This document shows, piece after piece, positions 55,599 through 64,000 of a stretch of DNA of 64,000 bases. Numbering within the stretch: the stretch's first letter is position 1; each line of letters starts with the position of its first letter. The notes below the pieces were generated by a model that ran no database searches, was not told the DNA's origin, and saw only the letters and a list, made by a program, of their open reading frames with translations. The position numbers and the translations under genes are program-made. Origin of the DNA: Acidimicrobiaceae bacterium (GTDB lineage: Bacteria > Actinomycetota > Acidimicrobiia > Acidimicrobiales > Acidimicrobiaceae); assembly GCA_027341385.1 (NCBI GenBank), contig DAIEMC010000105.1, positions 1,249 to 65,248 of the forward strand. Direction: 5' to 3'.

Positions 55599-56597
55599 AT
55601 GCCAAAGCGCCAGATTCCACCGGGCATGCAGTCCCAGCTCGACACGGCCTCCTATCAGGGAATGGCGACCTTCGCTCAACGACCTCTCCTGACCGAGCCG
55701 GAGCAGCTGGATGAGTGGCAGCCCGACGTGGCGGTGGTCGGCGCGCCTTGGGACGACTCGACCACCAACCGCCCCGGGGCACGCTTCGCGCCTCGCGCTC
55801 TGCGGGCGCTGGCCTACGGGCCCGGCACCTACCACATGGATTACGGGATCGAGATCTTCGACGAGCTGGAGGTGGTCGACTTCGGCGACGCCATCTGCAC
55901 CCACGGGATGTGGGAGCCCTCAGCCAAGGCGATCAGGGATCGCGTCGGCGAGGTCGCCAGGAGAGGGATAATCCCGCTCGTCATAGGTGGCGACCACTCG
56001 ATCACATGGCCGTCGGCGAGCGCCGTGGCCGACGCGGTCGGATGGGGCGAGATCGGCATCATCCACTTCGACGCACATGCCGACACTGCGGAGGAGATCG
56101 GCGGCAATTACGCGAGCCATGGCACGCCGATGCGCAGGCTGATCGAATCCGGCGCGGTGAAGGGGCGCCACTTCGTGCAGGTCGGGTTGCGCGGCTACTG
56201 GCCGCCGGCCGAGACCTTCGAGTGGATGGCCGAGCAGGAGATGCGCTGGCACACCATGAACGAAGTCCACGAGCGGGGGCTCTCCGCCGTCGTCGATGAC
56301 GCCATCGAGGAGGCGACGGCCTCGCCCAAGGGTATCTACCTCTCCGTCGACATCGACGTGCTCGATCCCGGCTTCGCCCCCGGCACCGGTACTCCGGAGC
56401 CGGGCGGGATCGCCCCCGTGGACCTCCTCAGGGCGATCCGCAGGATCACGAGACACGTGAAGGTGGTGGCCATCGACATCGTGGAGGTCGCACCGGCCTA
56501 CGACTGGGCCGAACTGACCATCAACAATGCCCATCGCGTGGGCCTGGAGGCCATTGCCGGCCTGGCCATGAGAAAGCTGGACGCAGCCAGGTCCTGA
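55599..56597 (+). CDS. speB: Agmatinase/ureohydrolase
   Basis: GARFAP, GGDHS, HFDAHADT, SHGTP, SVDIDVLDP..APGTGTPEPGG, VEVAP. Exact substrate not determinable. Confidence 0.85.
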   Translation: MPKRQIPPGMQSQLDTASYQGMATFAQRPLLTEPEQLDEWQPDVAVVGAPWDDSTTNRPGARFAPRALRALAYGPGTYHMDYGIEIFDELEVVDFGDAICTHGMWEPSAKAIRDRVGEVARRGIIPLVIGGDHSITWPSASAVADAVGWGEIGIIHFDAHADTAEEIGGNYASHGTPMRRLIESGAVKGRHFVQVGLRGYWPPAETFEWMAEQEMRWHTMNEVHERGLSAVVDDAIEEATASPKGIYLSVDIDVLDPGFAPGTGTPEPGGIAPVDLLRAIRRITRHVKVVAIDIVEVAPAYDWAELTINNAHRVGLEAIAGLAMRKLDAARS

Positions 56598-56601
56598 GGC
56601 C

Positions 56602-57360
56602 TCAGCCGACCAGCTTCTCCACCAAGGTGGCCAGATCGTCCGTGACGTGGGCGACAGCATCCTCGAGAGTCGGCGTGTCCTTGGTGACGCCCGACATCAC
56701 CAGAGCGAAATCGCATCCCAACTGCCGCGCAAAGGCTCCGTCCGTCTCCAGGCGATCGCCGACCATCAGGGTCGGCTCACCGACCAGGTTCCTGACCGCG
56801 GCGGCCATGGGCGCCTCGGGCTTTCCGGCCCAGATGGGCGCGACCCCGCCCGCGGCGATCACCGCCGCGATGATCGAACCGGCGCCGGGCAAGGGACCCT
56901 GCGGGGTCGGGTAGATGGGGTCGGAGTTGGTGGCCACCAGGCGGGCGCCCTTGGTGCGCAGCGCGCGCGTGGCCCGAGCCAGCTTGGAGTAGCTGATCTC
57001 CCGGTCCCAGCCCGCGACCACCACGTCGACGTCGGAGCTGTCCACAACCTCCACGCCGCGTTCGCCGAGGGCCTCGATGACCCCGGCGCCGCCGATCACA
57101 TAGGCACGTTCGCCCGGCTCCAAAAGGCTCGCCGCCGCGCCGGCGGAGCTCACCAGCCTGGTGCGCGCCGAGTCGACGCCGATTCGCTCCAGCTTTGCCG
57201 AGTACTCTGCTCGAGTGAGCAGCCCGTTGTTGGTCGCGAAGGTCACCTCCACGCCGGCCTCAAGGAGACGCGCGACCGCCTCCACCGAACCGCCGATGGG
57301 GTCGTCCATCAGCCACAGGACCCCGTCCAAGTCGATTACCCAGCTTTGACGCGTGCTCAA
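56602..57360 (-). CDS. HAD-IIA (NagD-like) hydrolase
   Basis: IDLDGVLW, ATNN, ATNSD, GKP, MVGDRLETD, VMSGVT. Confidence 0.9.
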   Translation of the reverse strand: MSTRQSWVIDLDGVLWLMDDPIGGSVEAVARLLEAGVEVTFATNNGLLTRAEYSAKLERIGVDSARTRLVSSAGAAASLLEPGERAYVIGGAGVIEALGERGVEVVDSSDVDVVVAGWDREISYSKLARATRALRTKGARLVATNSDPIYPTPQGPLPGAGSIIAAVIAAGGVAPIWAGKPEAPMAAAVRNLVGEPTLMVGDRLETDGAFARQLGCDFALVMSGVTKDTPTLEDAVAHVTDDLATLVEKLVG

Positions 57361-57449
57361 AGATCCTCCCCGGACGCACATAGATGCAAGGTTCAATTCT
57401 ATAGATCGCGCCCGGCCGCACCTGAAGTGCGCCGTAGATTGGGGGTGCG

Positions 57450-58424
57450 ATGCACACTTTCAGGGACTTCCGCGCATTGCGCGTCGACACCGAGGTGGTC
57501 GGCTCGATAGAGGAGTTGCGCGCCGGAAACTTCGGACCGGAACATCTGGTCGAGGACGAGGAGTCCGGCTTCTACCTCTATGAAATGGCCCGCTGGTCCG
57601 AGAGCGGCCAACCCCTCCGCGTCGTCGGCGCGATCGGGGTCCTCTCCCTCGGGTCCGCCGGAGCATCCGGCACGGTCGGCCACGCGGCATGGAGGTCCGC
57701 TGCGGTGGATCCCGGCGGCCGGGCCGCGAGCGAGGCCCCATGGGCAATAGTCGAAACGGACGTCATCGATCAGGTCAACCCCTATCGGATAGGACCCATC
57801 GCGCGGATAAGCGACACCGAAGGGGTGGCTCACCGGATCTACGCCCTGGTGCAGCCGGCCGCCATCGAGATGGTCCGCCGCGCTGTCGAGGAATCCCCGT
57901 CGGCACTTATCGGCCCTGTGCCCGGCCTCCCGGAGGGGAGCGACGCATGGGAGACACTCGTCTTTGTCTGCCAGGCCAAGGATCTCCCGGCCCTCGTGAA
58001 GCCGGTTCACCGTCTCTTCCACGGCCCCGGAGCCGGCCGGGCCTTTGACGAGCTGGCGGCCCGATTCGCGATTCGAACCGAGCCCCCGGCCGAGGCACAC
58101 TTGACCCTGCACTGCGCCGGGCGCCGGGCATTCATGCCGGTAGGCGAAAGCGTCTCGGATGCGGTCGGCAAGGTGGAGGCCCACTTCGGGTGGAGTGGGG
58201 AGATAAGTATGGAGCGCACAACGGACGCCCATCTCATCGAAATCGAGTCAGGATTCCCGGACGTGGTCGGCATGACCTGCCCGGCTCTTCCCGTGGACGA
58301 GCTCCTCGCCTCCGCGCGCCAAGGTCGCCAACCGGAGACTCTGGGCGCCCTCTTCCATCCCCGGCCTCTCACCTCCCTCGTTCTGGGCGAGGCAACCGGG
58401 CCGGACGAAGCTCAGCGGGCGTGA
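57450..58424 (+). CDS. Degenerate DUF1015-like protein
   Basis: F..FRALR.D start, FYLYE, GVLSL, PVHRL, LFHPRPLTSLV C-terminus; shorter than typical and lacks ADGHHR. Confidence 0.5.
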   Translation: MHTFRDFRALRVDTEVVGSIEELRAGNFGPEHLVEDEESGFYLYEMARWSESGQPLRVVGAIGVLSLGSAGASGTVGHAAWRSAAVDPGGRAASEAPWAIVETDVIDQVNPYRIGPIARISDTEGVAHRIYALVQPAAIEMVRRAVEESPSALIGPVPGLPEGSDAWETLVFVCQAKDLPALVKPVHRLFHGPGAGRAFDELAARFAIRTEPPAEAHLTLHCAGRRAFMPVGESVSDAVGKVEAHFGWSGEISMERTTDAHLIEIESGFPDVVGMTCPALPVDELLASARQGRQPETLGALFHPRPLTSLVLGEATGPDEAQRA

Positions 58425-59182
58425 AGGTTCTGGTAAAGAAGAACCAGGCCGATGACGGTGCCATAGCCGATGACCAGCCCGCGCAGCAGGCCGGCCGGCA
58501 TTCGCCTGGCCACCTTGGCGCCGGCAAGCCCGCCAAAGAGGAACCCTCCGGCCATAACCACCACGCTCAGGTAGGAGACGTGCGCGAAGACAATGAAGAC
58601 CAGGTCGCCCGCGGTCGCGATGACCAAGGAGAGCGTCACCTTGACGGCATTGTGCTCCTGGAGGCTGCCCTCGGCAAAGATGGAGAGCAGGGCGAGGAGG
58701 ATGATCCCCAACCCCGCGCCGAAGTACGAGCCGTAGACCGCCGCGATCCCCACCGCCGCGATGAGCCCGACTTCGGACCCCTCCTTTCGGCGCAGCAGGG
58801 CGAAGAAGGCACCCACGTGGCTCCGGAACGCAAGCAGTGCGCAACTGCCCAGCACCAGGAAGGGCACGACGGCCTTGAAGACCGAAGCGGGCGAGAGCAG
58901 CAGCACGGCCGTTCCCACTAGCGAGCCGAAGATGGCCGCGATGCCGGTATGAACGATCTTGGTGCGCTGGTGGCCGAGGAGCTGCCTATAGCCGAGTGTC
59001 CCTCCCAGATAGCCGGGCCAGGATGCCACCGAGTTGGTCACGTTGGCGACAACCGGCGGCAGGCCAACAGCCAAAAGGGCCGGGAAGGAGATGAGCGAGC
59101 CCCCTCCCGCCACGGAGTTGACCGCGCCGGCCAGTATCGCCGCGCCCACCAGAAAGAGCAGCTGGGCCAGGTGAAGACTCAC
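58412..59182 (-). CDS. TauE/SafE family permease
   Basis: AGAVNSVAGGGSLISFPALL, ANVTNS, YGSYFGAGLGI. Confidence 0.9.
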   Translation of the reverse strand: MSLHLAQLLFLVGAAILAGAVNSVAGGGSLISFPALLAVGLPPVVANVTNSVASWPGYLGGTLGYRQLLGHQRTKIVHTGIAAIFGSLVGTAVLLLSPASVFKAVVPFLVLGSCALLAFRSHVGAFFALLRRKEGSEVGLIAAVGIAAVYGSYFGAGLGIILLALLSIFAEGSLQEHNAVKVTLSLVIATAGDLVFIVFAHVSYLSVVVMAGGFLFGGLAGAKVARRMPAGLLRGLVIGYGTVIGLVLLYQNLHAR

Positions 59183-59215
59183 CTGGCCCGCTCGGAATTC
59201 GCAGAGGGCGCCCCG

Positions 59216-60271
59216 CTAGGCAATGTCGATGGCTGAATCGAGGTAGACGTCCTGCACGGCATTCAGCAGAGCCACACCTTCCTCGCGCGGACGCTGGAAC
59301 GCCTTGCGCCCGACTATGAGGCCGGCTCCACCTGCGCGCTTGTTCACCACTGCGGTGCGGACGGCATCGGCCATGTCGCTCGCGCCCTTGGATTCGCCCC
59401 CGGAGTTGATGAGCCCGATGCGGCCCGAGTAGCAGTTGATCACCTGCCAACGGGTCATGTCGATCGGGTGATCGGTGGTGAGCCTCTCGTACACCAACGG
59501 ATCGGTGCGGCCGAAGTTGAGCTTTATGTAGCCGCCGTTGTTCTCGGGAAGCTTCTGCTTGATCACGTCGGCCTCGATGGTCACGCCAAGGTGATTGGCC
59601 TGGCCGGTGAGGTCCGCGGAAACGTGGTAGTCGGCCTCGGCGGTCTTGAAGGCCGGGTTGCGCAGGTAGCACCAGAGGATGGTGAACATTCCCAGGCGGT
59701 GCGCCTCCGCAAAGGCGGCGGACACCTCCTGGATCTGGCGCGTGGCGCCCGCGGAGCCGAAGTAAATTGTCGCCCCGATTCCCGCGGCTCCCAGATCCCA
59801 AGCCTGGCGCACCTGGCCAAACATGATCTGGTCGGCATTGGCCGGGTAGGTGAGAAGCTCGTTGTGGTTGAGCTTGACGATCATCGGGATCCTGTGCGCG
59901 TATTTGCGCGAGATTATCCCGAGGCCGCCAAGGGTGGTCGTAACGCCCGAGCAGCCCGCCTCGACGGCCAGCTCGACGATCTCCTGGGGATCGAAATATG
60001 CGGGGTTCTTGGCGAAGCTGGCTGCGCCGGAATGCTCTATCCCCTGGTCGACCGGGAGAATCGAGAGGTACCCGGTGTCAGCCAGCCTCCCGTGCCCGTA
60101 GAGGGACTGCAGCGAGCGCATCACCTGAGGATTGCGATCCGAGTAGGCGAAGATCTCGTCGACCACCGCCGGACCCGGATGATGCAGGCTCTCCTTGGGT
60201 ATGCCGACGCACCTGTGATTCAACAGCGACTCGGCCTGAGCGCCCAAGAGGGCTTCGATATCGGTTGCCAT
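59216..60271 (-). CDS. fbaB: Class I (DhnA-type) fructose-bisphosphate aldolase
   Basis: [51 protein letters not shown]. Confidence 0.95.
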   Translation of the reverse strand: MATDIEALLGAQAESLLNHRCVGIPKESLHHPGPAVVDEIFAYSDRNPQVMRSLQSLYGHGRLADTGYLSILPVDQGIEHSGAASFAKNPAYFDPQEIVELAVEAGCSGVTTTLGGLGIISRKYAHRIPMIVKLNHNELLTYPANADQIMFGQVRQAWDLGAAGIGATIYFGSAGATRQIQEVSAAFAEAHRLGMFTILWCYLRNPAFKTAEADYHVSADLTGQANHLGVTIEADVIKQKLPENNGGYIKLNFGRTDPLVYERLTTDHPIDMTRWQVINCYSGRIGLINSGGESKGASDMADAVRTAVVNKRAGGAGLIVGRKAFQRPREEGVALLNAVQDVYLDSAIDIA

Positions 60272-60336
60272 CGCATGCTCCTTCGGGGAAATCGCGCGGT
60301 GGCGCGGCCACGTGCCGCGCCGTTGACGATAAGACC

Positions 60337-61809
60337 CTAGCGCAGATCAGCGAGGCGCTCGGCGACGTCGTAGAGGCTGGGATCCTCTTTGGCGACCAGC
60401 GAAAAGAGCCTGCGGGCATGCTCGATCTCGCCGACCTTCTCGTACAAGTCCCCGAGCATGTACCACTGGCGCAACTCGATGAGGCGCGGCTTGGTGCGGT
60501 TCGGCTTCTCGAAGCGCGACAGCAGTTTGATCGCCTCCGCATACTCCTTCTGGTCCGAGAGCGAGCCGGCGTACACGATGCGAGCCTCGGCCATCACCTC
60601 CGCTGAAGGCGAGAGACGGCCCACTTCCTCGTATATCTCCTTAACCCGGTCATGCCTTCCCAGCGCCCGGTAGCAGTCGGCCATCACCGGCCCCTGGTCG
60701 AGGGATCCGGTGGCTTCGGAGGCGGCTTCGAGATACCCGATGGCGGCGCGCCAGTTGCCCAACCGGTAGTGAGTCAGCCCCAACAGTTCCGTGATGCTCG
60801 GAGAGGTCTCCGCATAACGCATGGCGATGTCGAGGTGGCGCTTTGCATCCCGGTAGCGGTCCGCCTCATAGGCCTGGATCGCCTCGGTCAGCTCACGGCG
60901 CAGCGCCTCGGTCCGGTAGGCGGACAACCCTTTGGGGACTTCGTCACGCAGAATCGAATCCACCGAGTAGCCGGTCCGGTCCCGACGACGGGGCCGCGCC
61001 TTGGCAATCGCTCCTTCGGCCTTGGGCTCGGCCACCCATGCGTCGATGGGCGCCGCGCCGGTATGGCGGCGTTCGTCGTCCTCGCCTTGAACTGGCTTGC
61101 GGGCACCTTCGAAGGGCCGGATCTTAGCGGCGCCTTTGGAGGTGAGTGCTCCCCACCCCTTGCGCTGGACGTTGTGGCGCGGCGTAGGCTGCCCCTTGCC
61201 GCCTTCCCTCCGTGGCTCACCGTCGCGAGGACGCCGTGGCCTCCCCTGTCCGGAGCGAGGGGCAAAGCCGTCTCCCCGGCCGCGCTCGGCCCCGAATCCG
61301 GATCCCGGCACGTAGGGCCGGCGCTTAGGCCCGCGGTCCTCGTAGCGCTCAGCCCCGTAGTCCTCTTCATAACGCCGCTCGCCGCGCTCGTAACCGCCGC
61401 CGCGCTCCTCATGCTGCCCGTATCCGCGTCCTCCGCGGCCCTGGTAGCCACCGGACTCGCGCGGGCGATAGGGGCGCTCGCCGCCTTCGCCACGACGCTC
61501 GAAGTTGCGTCCGCCTCCGGTGCGGGGGCGGAACTCACGATTGGGGCGGTCCTGGTATCCGGACTCGCCTCTGCCACGGCGCTCGCCTTCGTAGCCACCG
61601 GACTCGCGCGGGCGATAGGGGCGTTCGCCGCCTTCACCACGGCGCTCGAAGCTGCGACCCTGCCCACGCTGGGGGCGACCCTGGTAACCGGATTCGCTCC
61701 GGCCACGGCGCTCGCCCTCGTAGCCTCCCGACTCACGGGGGCGATAGGCGCGCTTATCCCCGGGTGCGCGCCCGTGCTCCTGGCTCGACCCTGCTGAAGA
61801 ATCTTCCAC
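60337..61809 (-). CDS. TPR protein with long R/G/E-rich repetitive N-terminus
   Basis: C-terminal TPR helices ([34 protein letters not shown]); GTG start after GGAG. Confidence 0.8.
   Translation of the reverse strand: MEDSSAGSSQEHGRAPGDKRAYRPRESGGYEGERRGRSESGYQGRPQRGQGRSFERRGEGGERPYRPRESGGYEGERRGRGESGYQDRPNREFRPRTGGGRNFERRGEGGERPYRPRESGGYQGRGGRGYGQHEERGGGYERGERRYEEDYGAERYEDRGPKRRPYVPGSGFGAERGRGDGFAPRSGQGRPRRPRDGEPRREGGKGQPTPRHNVQRKGWGALTSKGAAKIRPFEGARKPVQGEDDERRHTGAAPIDAWVAEPKAEGAIAKARPRRRDRTGYSVDSILRDEVPKGLSAYRTEALRRELTEAIQAYEADRYRDAKRHLDIAMRYAETSPSITELLGLTHYRLGNWRAAIGYLEAASEATGSLDQGPVMADCYRALGRHDRVKEIYEEVGRLSPSAEVMAEARIVYAGSLSDQKEYAEAIKLLSRFEKPNRTKPRLIELRQWYMLGDLYEKVGEIEHARRLFSLVAKEDPSLYDVAERLADLR
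61444..61750. repeat. Imperfect coding tandem duplications in the TPR N-terminus
   Basis: 61444-61504 vs 61591-61651 (first 33 bp identical, 147 bp apart); 61552-61596 vs 61681-61725 (129 bp apart). Confidence 0.8.
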
Positions 61810-61947
61810 TACCACTCCAAACCTCATTGACCAACGGAGCGGAGCAACGCAATCGCTGCGCCTTGCAGAAAGACTGGACTTCTCTCGCGCCGGGCAAACT
61901 AGGTCATTCTAGTCGCGGGAATGGCGGCCGTCGTTTGACCGGCCTCC

Positions 61948-62442
61948 TTAGGCTCGTATCTCGTCGAGGGCTCCGGTGGTCACGTTGTACATGAAAGCTC
62001 GGATGAGCGTATCCGGCTTCAGGAAAGGACTCTTGCGCAGATGCGCGACGGTGCGCTCAACGTTGGCGCCTCTGTCCTCGAAGCCGACGCCATCCCAGGC
62101 CGGCCTAGATCCGAGCTCCTCATCAAGTTCCAGCACAAAGGACTCCACGTCGAGCTTCATCATGCCACAGTCGGTGTGATGGACAATAAAGATCTTGTCT
62201 GTGCCCATAGCCCTCTGGGAGATCGCGATTGACCTTATCACGTCGTCGGTAGCCGCCCCACCCGCATTCCTCACGACATGCGCATCGCCTTCGCGCAGTC
62301 CGAACAGGCCAAAAACGTCGATCCTGGAATCCATGCATGCCAGAACCACCAGCCCTAGCCTCGGCTCAAGTGCCAGCTTTGACCTGTCGAATGACCCGCA
62401 ATAACCCTGCGCGTTGGCCAACAATTGGTCTATTCCATTCAG
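61948..62442 (-). CDS. Beta-class carbonic anhydrase (small D-clade type)
   Basis: LACMDSRID, RNAGG, HHTDCG. Start ambiguous: TTG at 62424 or CTG at 62442. Confidence 0.9.
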   Translation of the reverse strand: MNGIDQLLANAQGYCGSFDRSKLALEPRLGLVVLACMDSRIDVFGLFGLREGDAHVVRNAGGAATDDVIRSIAISQRAMGTDKIFIVHHTDCGMMKLDVESFVLELDEELGSRPAWDGVGFEDRGANVERTVAHLRKSPFLKPDTLIRAFMYNVTTGALDEIRA

Positions 62443-62727
62443 AGCACACCCCCAGCTGCGACAGAATCGAGGAAAGCGCGCTGCACCACCGTGCCACCGG
62501 ATGACCTCTCCGGCTCAAGCTCACTGGCCTAGCCTGAGCAGCCTAGCAGGCGGCGCGAGTGCGGGGCATGCAGCGCTCCGGGCCAAACCCCTACCAAAAG
62601 CCCACCACTCGGGGGGACTCCATCTGGCCCGGTGCGCTCGGCCTCAGCGCGGAAACTCCGGCACCACAGAAGGAGCAATCGAAAATAGTCCTACAACACA
62701 ATCCATCACCTATAAGCATCCGTTGGC

Positions 62728-62755
62728 TAAACTCCTGCTATCGAGGTGCCGATGA
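62728..62755 (+). promoter_or_regulatory. Sigma-28 (WhiG/FliA)-type promoter
   Basis: (C)TAAA-N16-GCCGATGA upstream of the pilin gene. Confidence 0.65.
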
Positions 62756-62988
62756 CAGACTTAGTTGGTGGAAGGGGCAGTACGGCCGTGTCCACATGGC
62801 AAGGATCATCTGACCGCAATTGCGGCAAGAGATCCCGCTTGGGGGACCGGGACGGGCTGGTCGGAGGCGCGGCGCCTGAAAATGTCGGCCAATCCAGCAC
62901 TTCCCGCGAAAACAACAGGCCGTGAGGCACGCTTGAGCCGTCACCGAGCTTGCGGAATTTGCCAGGCATTGGACCTGGGAGGGATTTG

Positions 62989-64000
62989 ATGCGCACACCC
63001 AGGACGCGCATGAAAGGCGAAGACGGCCTAAGCATCATAGGTGTTGTCATCGCAAGCTTCATCCTGATTTTGGCACTCATTCCGGCAGCCCGATTCATTG
63101 AGAGCACCCTCGGAGTTTCGGGCGGCAATCAGCGCCGTATAGTCGCCGCTAACATAGCCGCGGGCCAGCTTGAGGCCCTCAGGCTGCAGGCGAGCAGGTC
63201 ATTCACCCAACTGGTCGCCGCATCGCTTGGACTGACCAACGGCTCCTCGACTGTCAATGGAGTTCAGTACTCTATTCAGACCCGGCTCGCGTGGACGAGC
63301 GGAACGTTTTCTTCCGGCAGTTGCAACACCCAGGCCGCCTCCAAGACATACAACCAGCCGGTCGTCGAGGCGCAGGTAACGGTCGGATGGCCAAACCAGG
63401 GTGGTCTCCCGTCCGTTGTTGCGACCACCGTTCTCGCACCCCCGGTGGGGGCCTACTCAAATACAAGCGGGAACCTGTTGGTATCGGTGACCAACGCGGC
63501 CAATCAGGGTTCTCAAAATATTGCTGTCACACTCGTCTCTTCTTCGGGAACCACTACCACCTATTTCACGGACGCGGGTGGCTGCGCCTTCTTCCCGTTT
63601 CAGACTCCGGGAACCTACACGGTGGAACTTCAATCCTCACTGAACCCGGGCTATGTCGACAATCACGACAACGCCAGCCCTTCCCAGACGGTTGGAATCG
63701 CCCTCGGGAACACCACCACTGCACAGTTCCAATACGACCAGGCCGCCACCATCCAGCTCTCGGCTGCGGCAACCCAAGTATCCCAGCTCTTCGGGTTCAC
63801 GGCCGCCAATCCCTCCCTTACCCCGGTAGGGACCGCCACCTTCACGGCAACCGGAAGCAGCGGCGCTTCGCTATTCCCGTTCACCGCGGGCTACAGCGTT
63901 TGGCTCGGTACCTGCTTTGAGCTAAGCGGCTCGCCACAGTACCCCACAGGCGATCCGACGACGCCTGTCTCGGTCTCGCCGGCTGGCACGTCTACTGCCG
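62989..64000 (+). CDS. Type IV pilin-like protein with large extracellular beta-rich C-terminus (runs off window end)
   Basis: Manual translation MRTPRTRMKGEDG|LSIIGVVIASFILILALIP...; open to 64000; GGGAGG RBS; TDAGGCAFF...PGTYTV carboxypeptidase-regulatory-like segment. Missing from the ORF track because no stop is in the window. Confidence 0.8.
   Translation, partial: MRTPRTRMKGEDGLSIIGVVIASFILILALIPAARFIESTLGVSGGNQRRIVAANIAAGQLEALRLQASRSFTQLVAASLGLTNGSSTVNGVQYSIQTRLAWTSGTFSSGSCNTQAASKTYNQPVVEAQVTVGWPNQGGLPSVVATTVLAPPVGAYSNTSGNLLVSVTNAANQGSQNIAVTLVSSSGTTTTYFTDAGGCAFFPFQTPGTYTVELQSSLNPGYVDNHDNASPSQTVGIALGNTTTAQFQYDQAATIQLSAAATQVSQLFGFTAANPSLTPVGTATFTATGSSGASLFPFTAGYSVWLGTCFELSGSPQYPTGDPTTPVSVSPAGTSTA

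Noticed and set aside
61444-61750. Direct repeats as a possible CRISPR array or mobile-element ends (also 10119-10450 and 22294-22359)
   Set aside because: All are in-frame coding repeats with no unique spacers and no cas or transposase genes.
62600-62740. c-di-AMP (ydaO) or c-di-GMP riboswitch-like fragments (GGGGGACTCCA, CCGTTGGCTAA)
   Set aside because: Only partial words; the intervening conserved elements are absent, and the second overlaps the sigma-28 -35.
62752-62925. 57-aa small ORF with GAGGTG RBS
   Set aside because: Its RBS and ATG lie inside the predicted promoter spacer and -10; no recognisable features.
1-64000. tRNA, rRNA, IS elements, prophage
   Set aside because: No cloverleaf/T-loop signatures, transposase, integrase or phage structural motifs recognised; a tRNAscan/Rfam run would be definitive.

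Overview
High-GC actinobacterial chromosome segment, most consistent with class Acidimicrobiia (inferred from gene content and the YWLV..DGG.F.FG secreted repeats). It is mostly housekeeping: the complete Pup-proteasome locus (arc-dop-pup-prcB-prcA-pafA, without pafBC) followed by lepB, tatB-tatC, helY, a tandem-domain thyX and a hyper-acidic DUF4193 protein; an AddAB-type helicase-nuclease pair; tal-pgi-pgl-fbiC-LOG; F420 reductase and an mshC-like gene; a two-component system; and several metabolic genes. I saw no tRNA, rRNA, CRISPR array or transposase. The best candidate for an unrecognised system is regulatory. Two well-formed sigma-28/WhiG-type promoters (T[A/C]AA-N16-GCCGA) lie 50 kb apart, one before a membrane diguanylate cyclase and one before a lower-GC, Glu5-less type IV pilin at the right edge that the ORF track missed. 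This suggests a WhiG/c-di-GMP/type IV pilus circuit. Other notable points: TatB naturally carries Lys8 (an E. coli suppressor allele) next to a TatC lacking its polar cluster; CbiB and DUF1015 homologues look degenerate; a Zn-ribbon gene has a 1-nt frameshift. All assignments come from motif recognition by eye; no searches were run.
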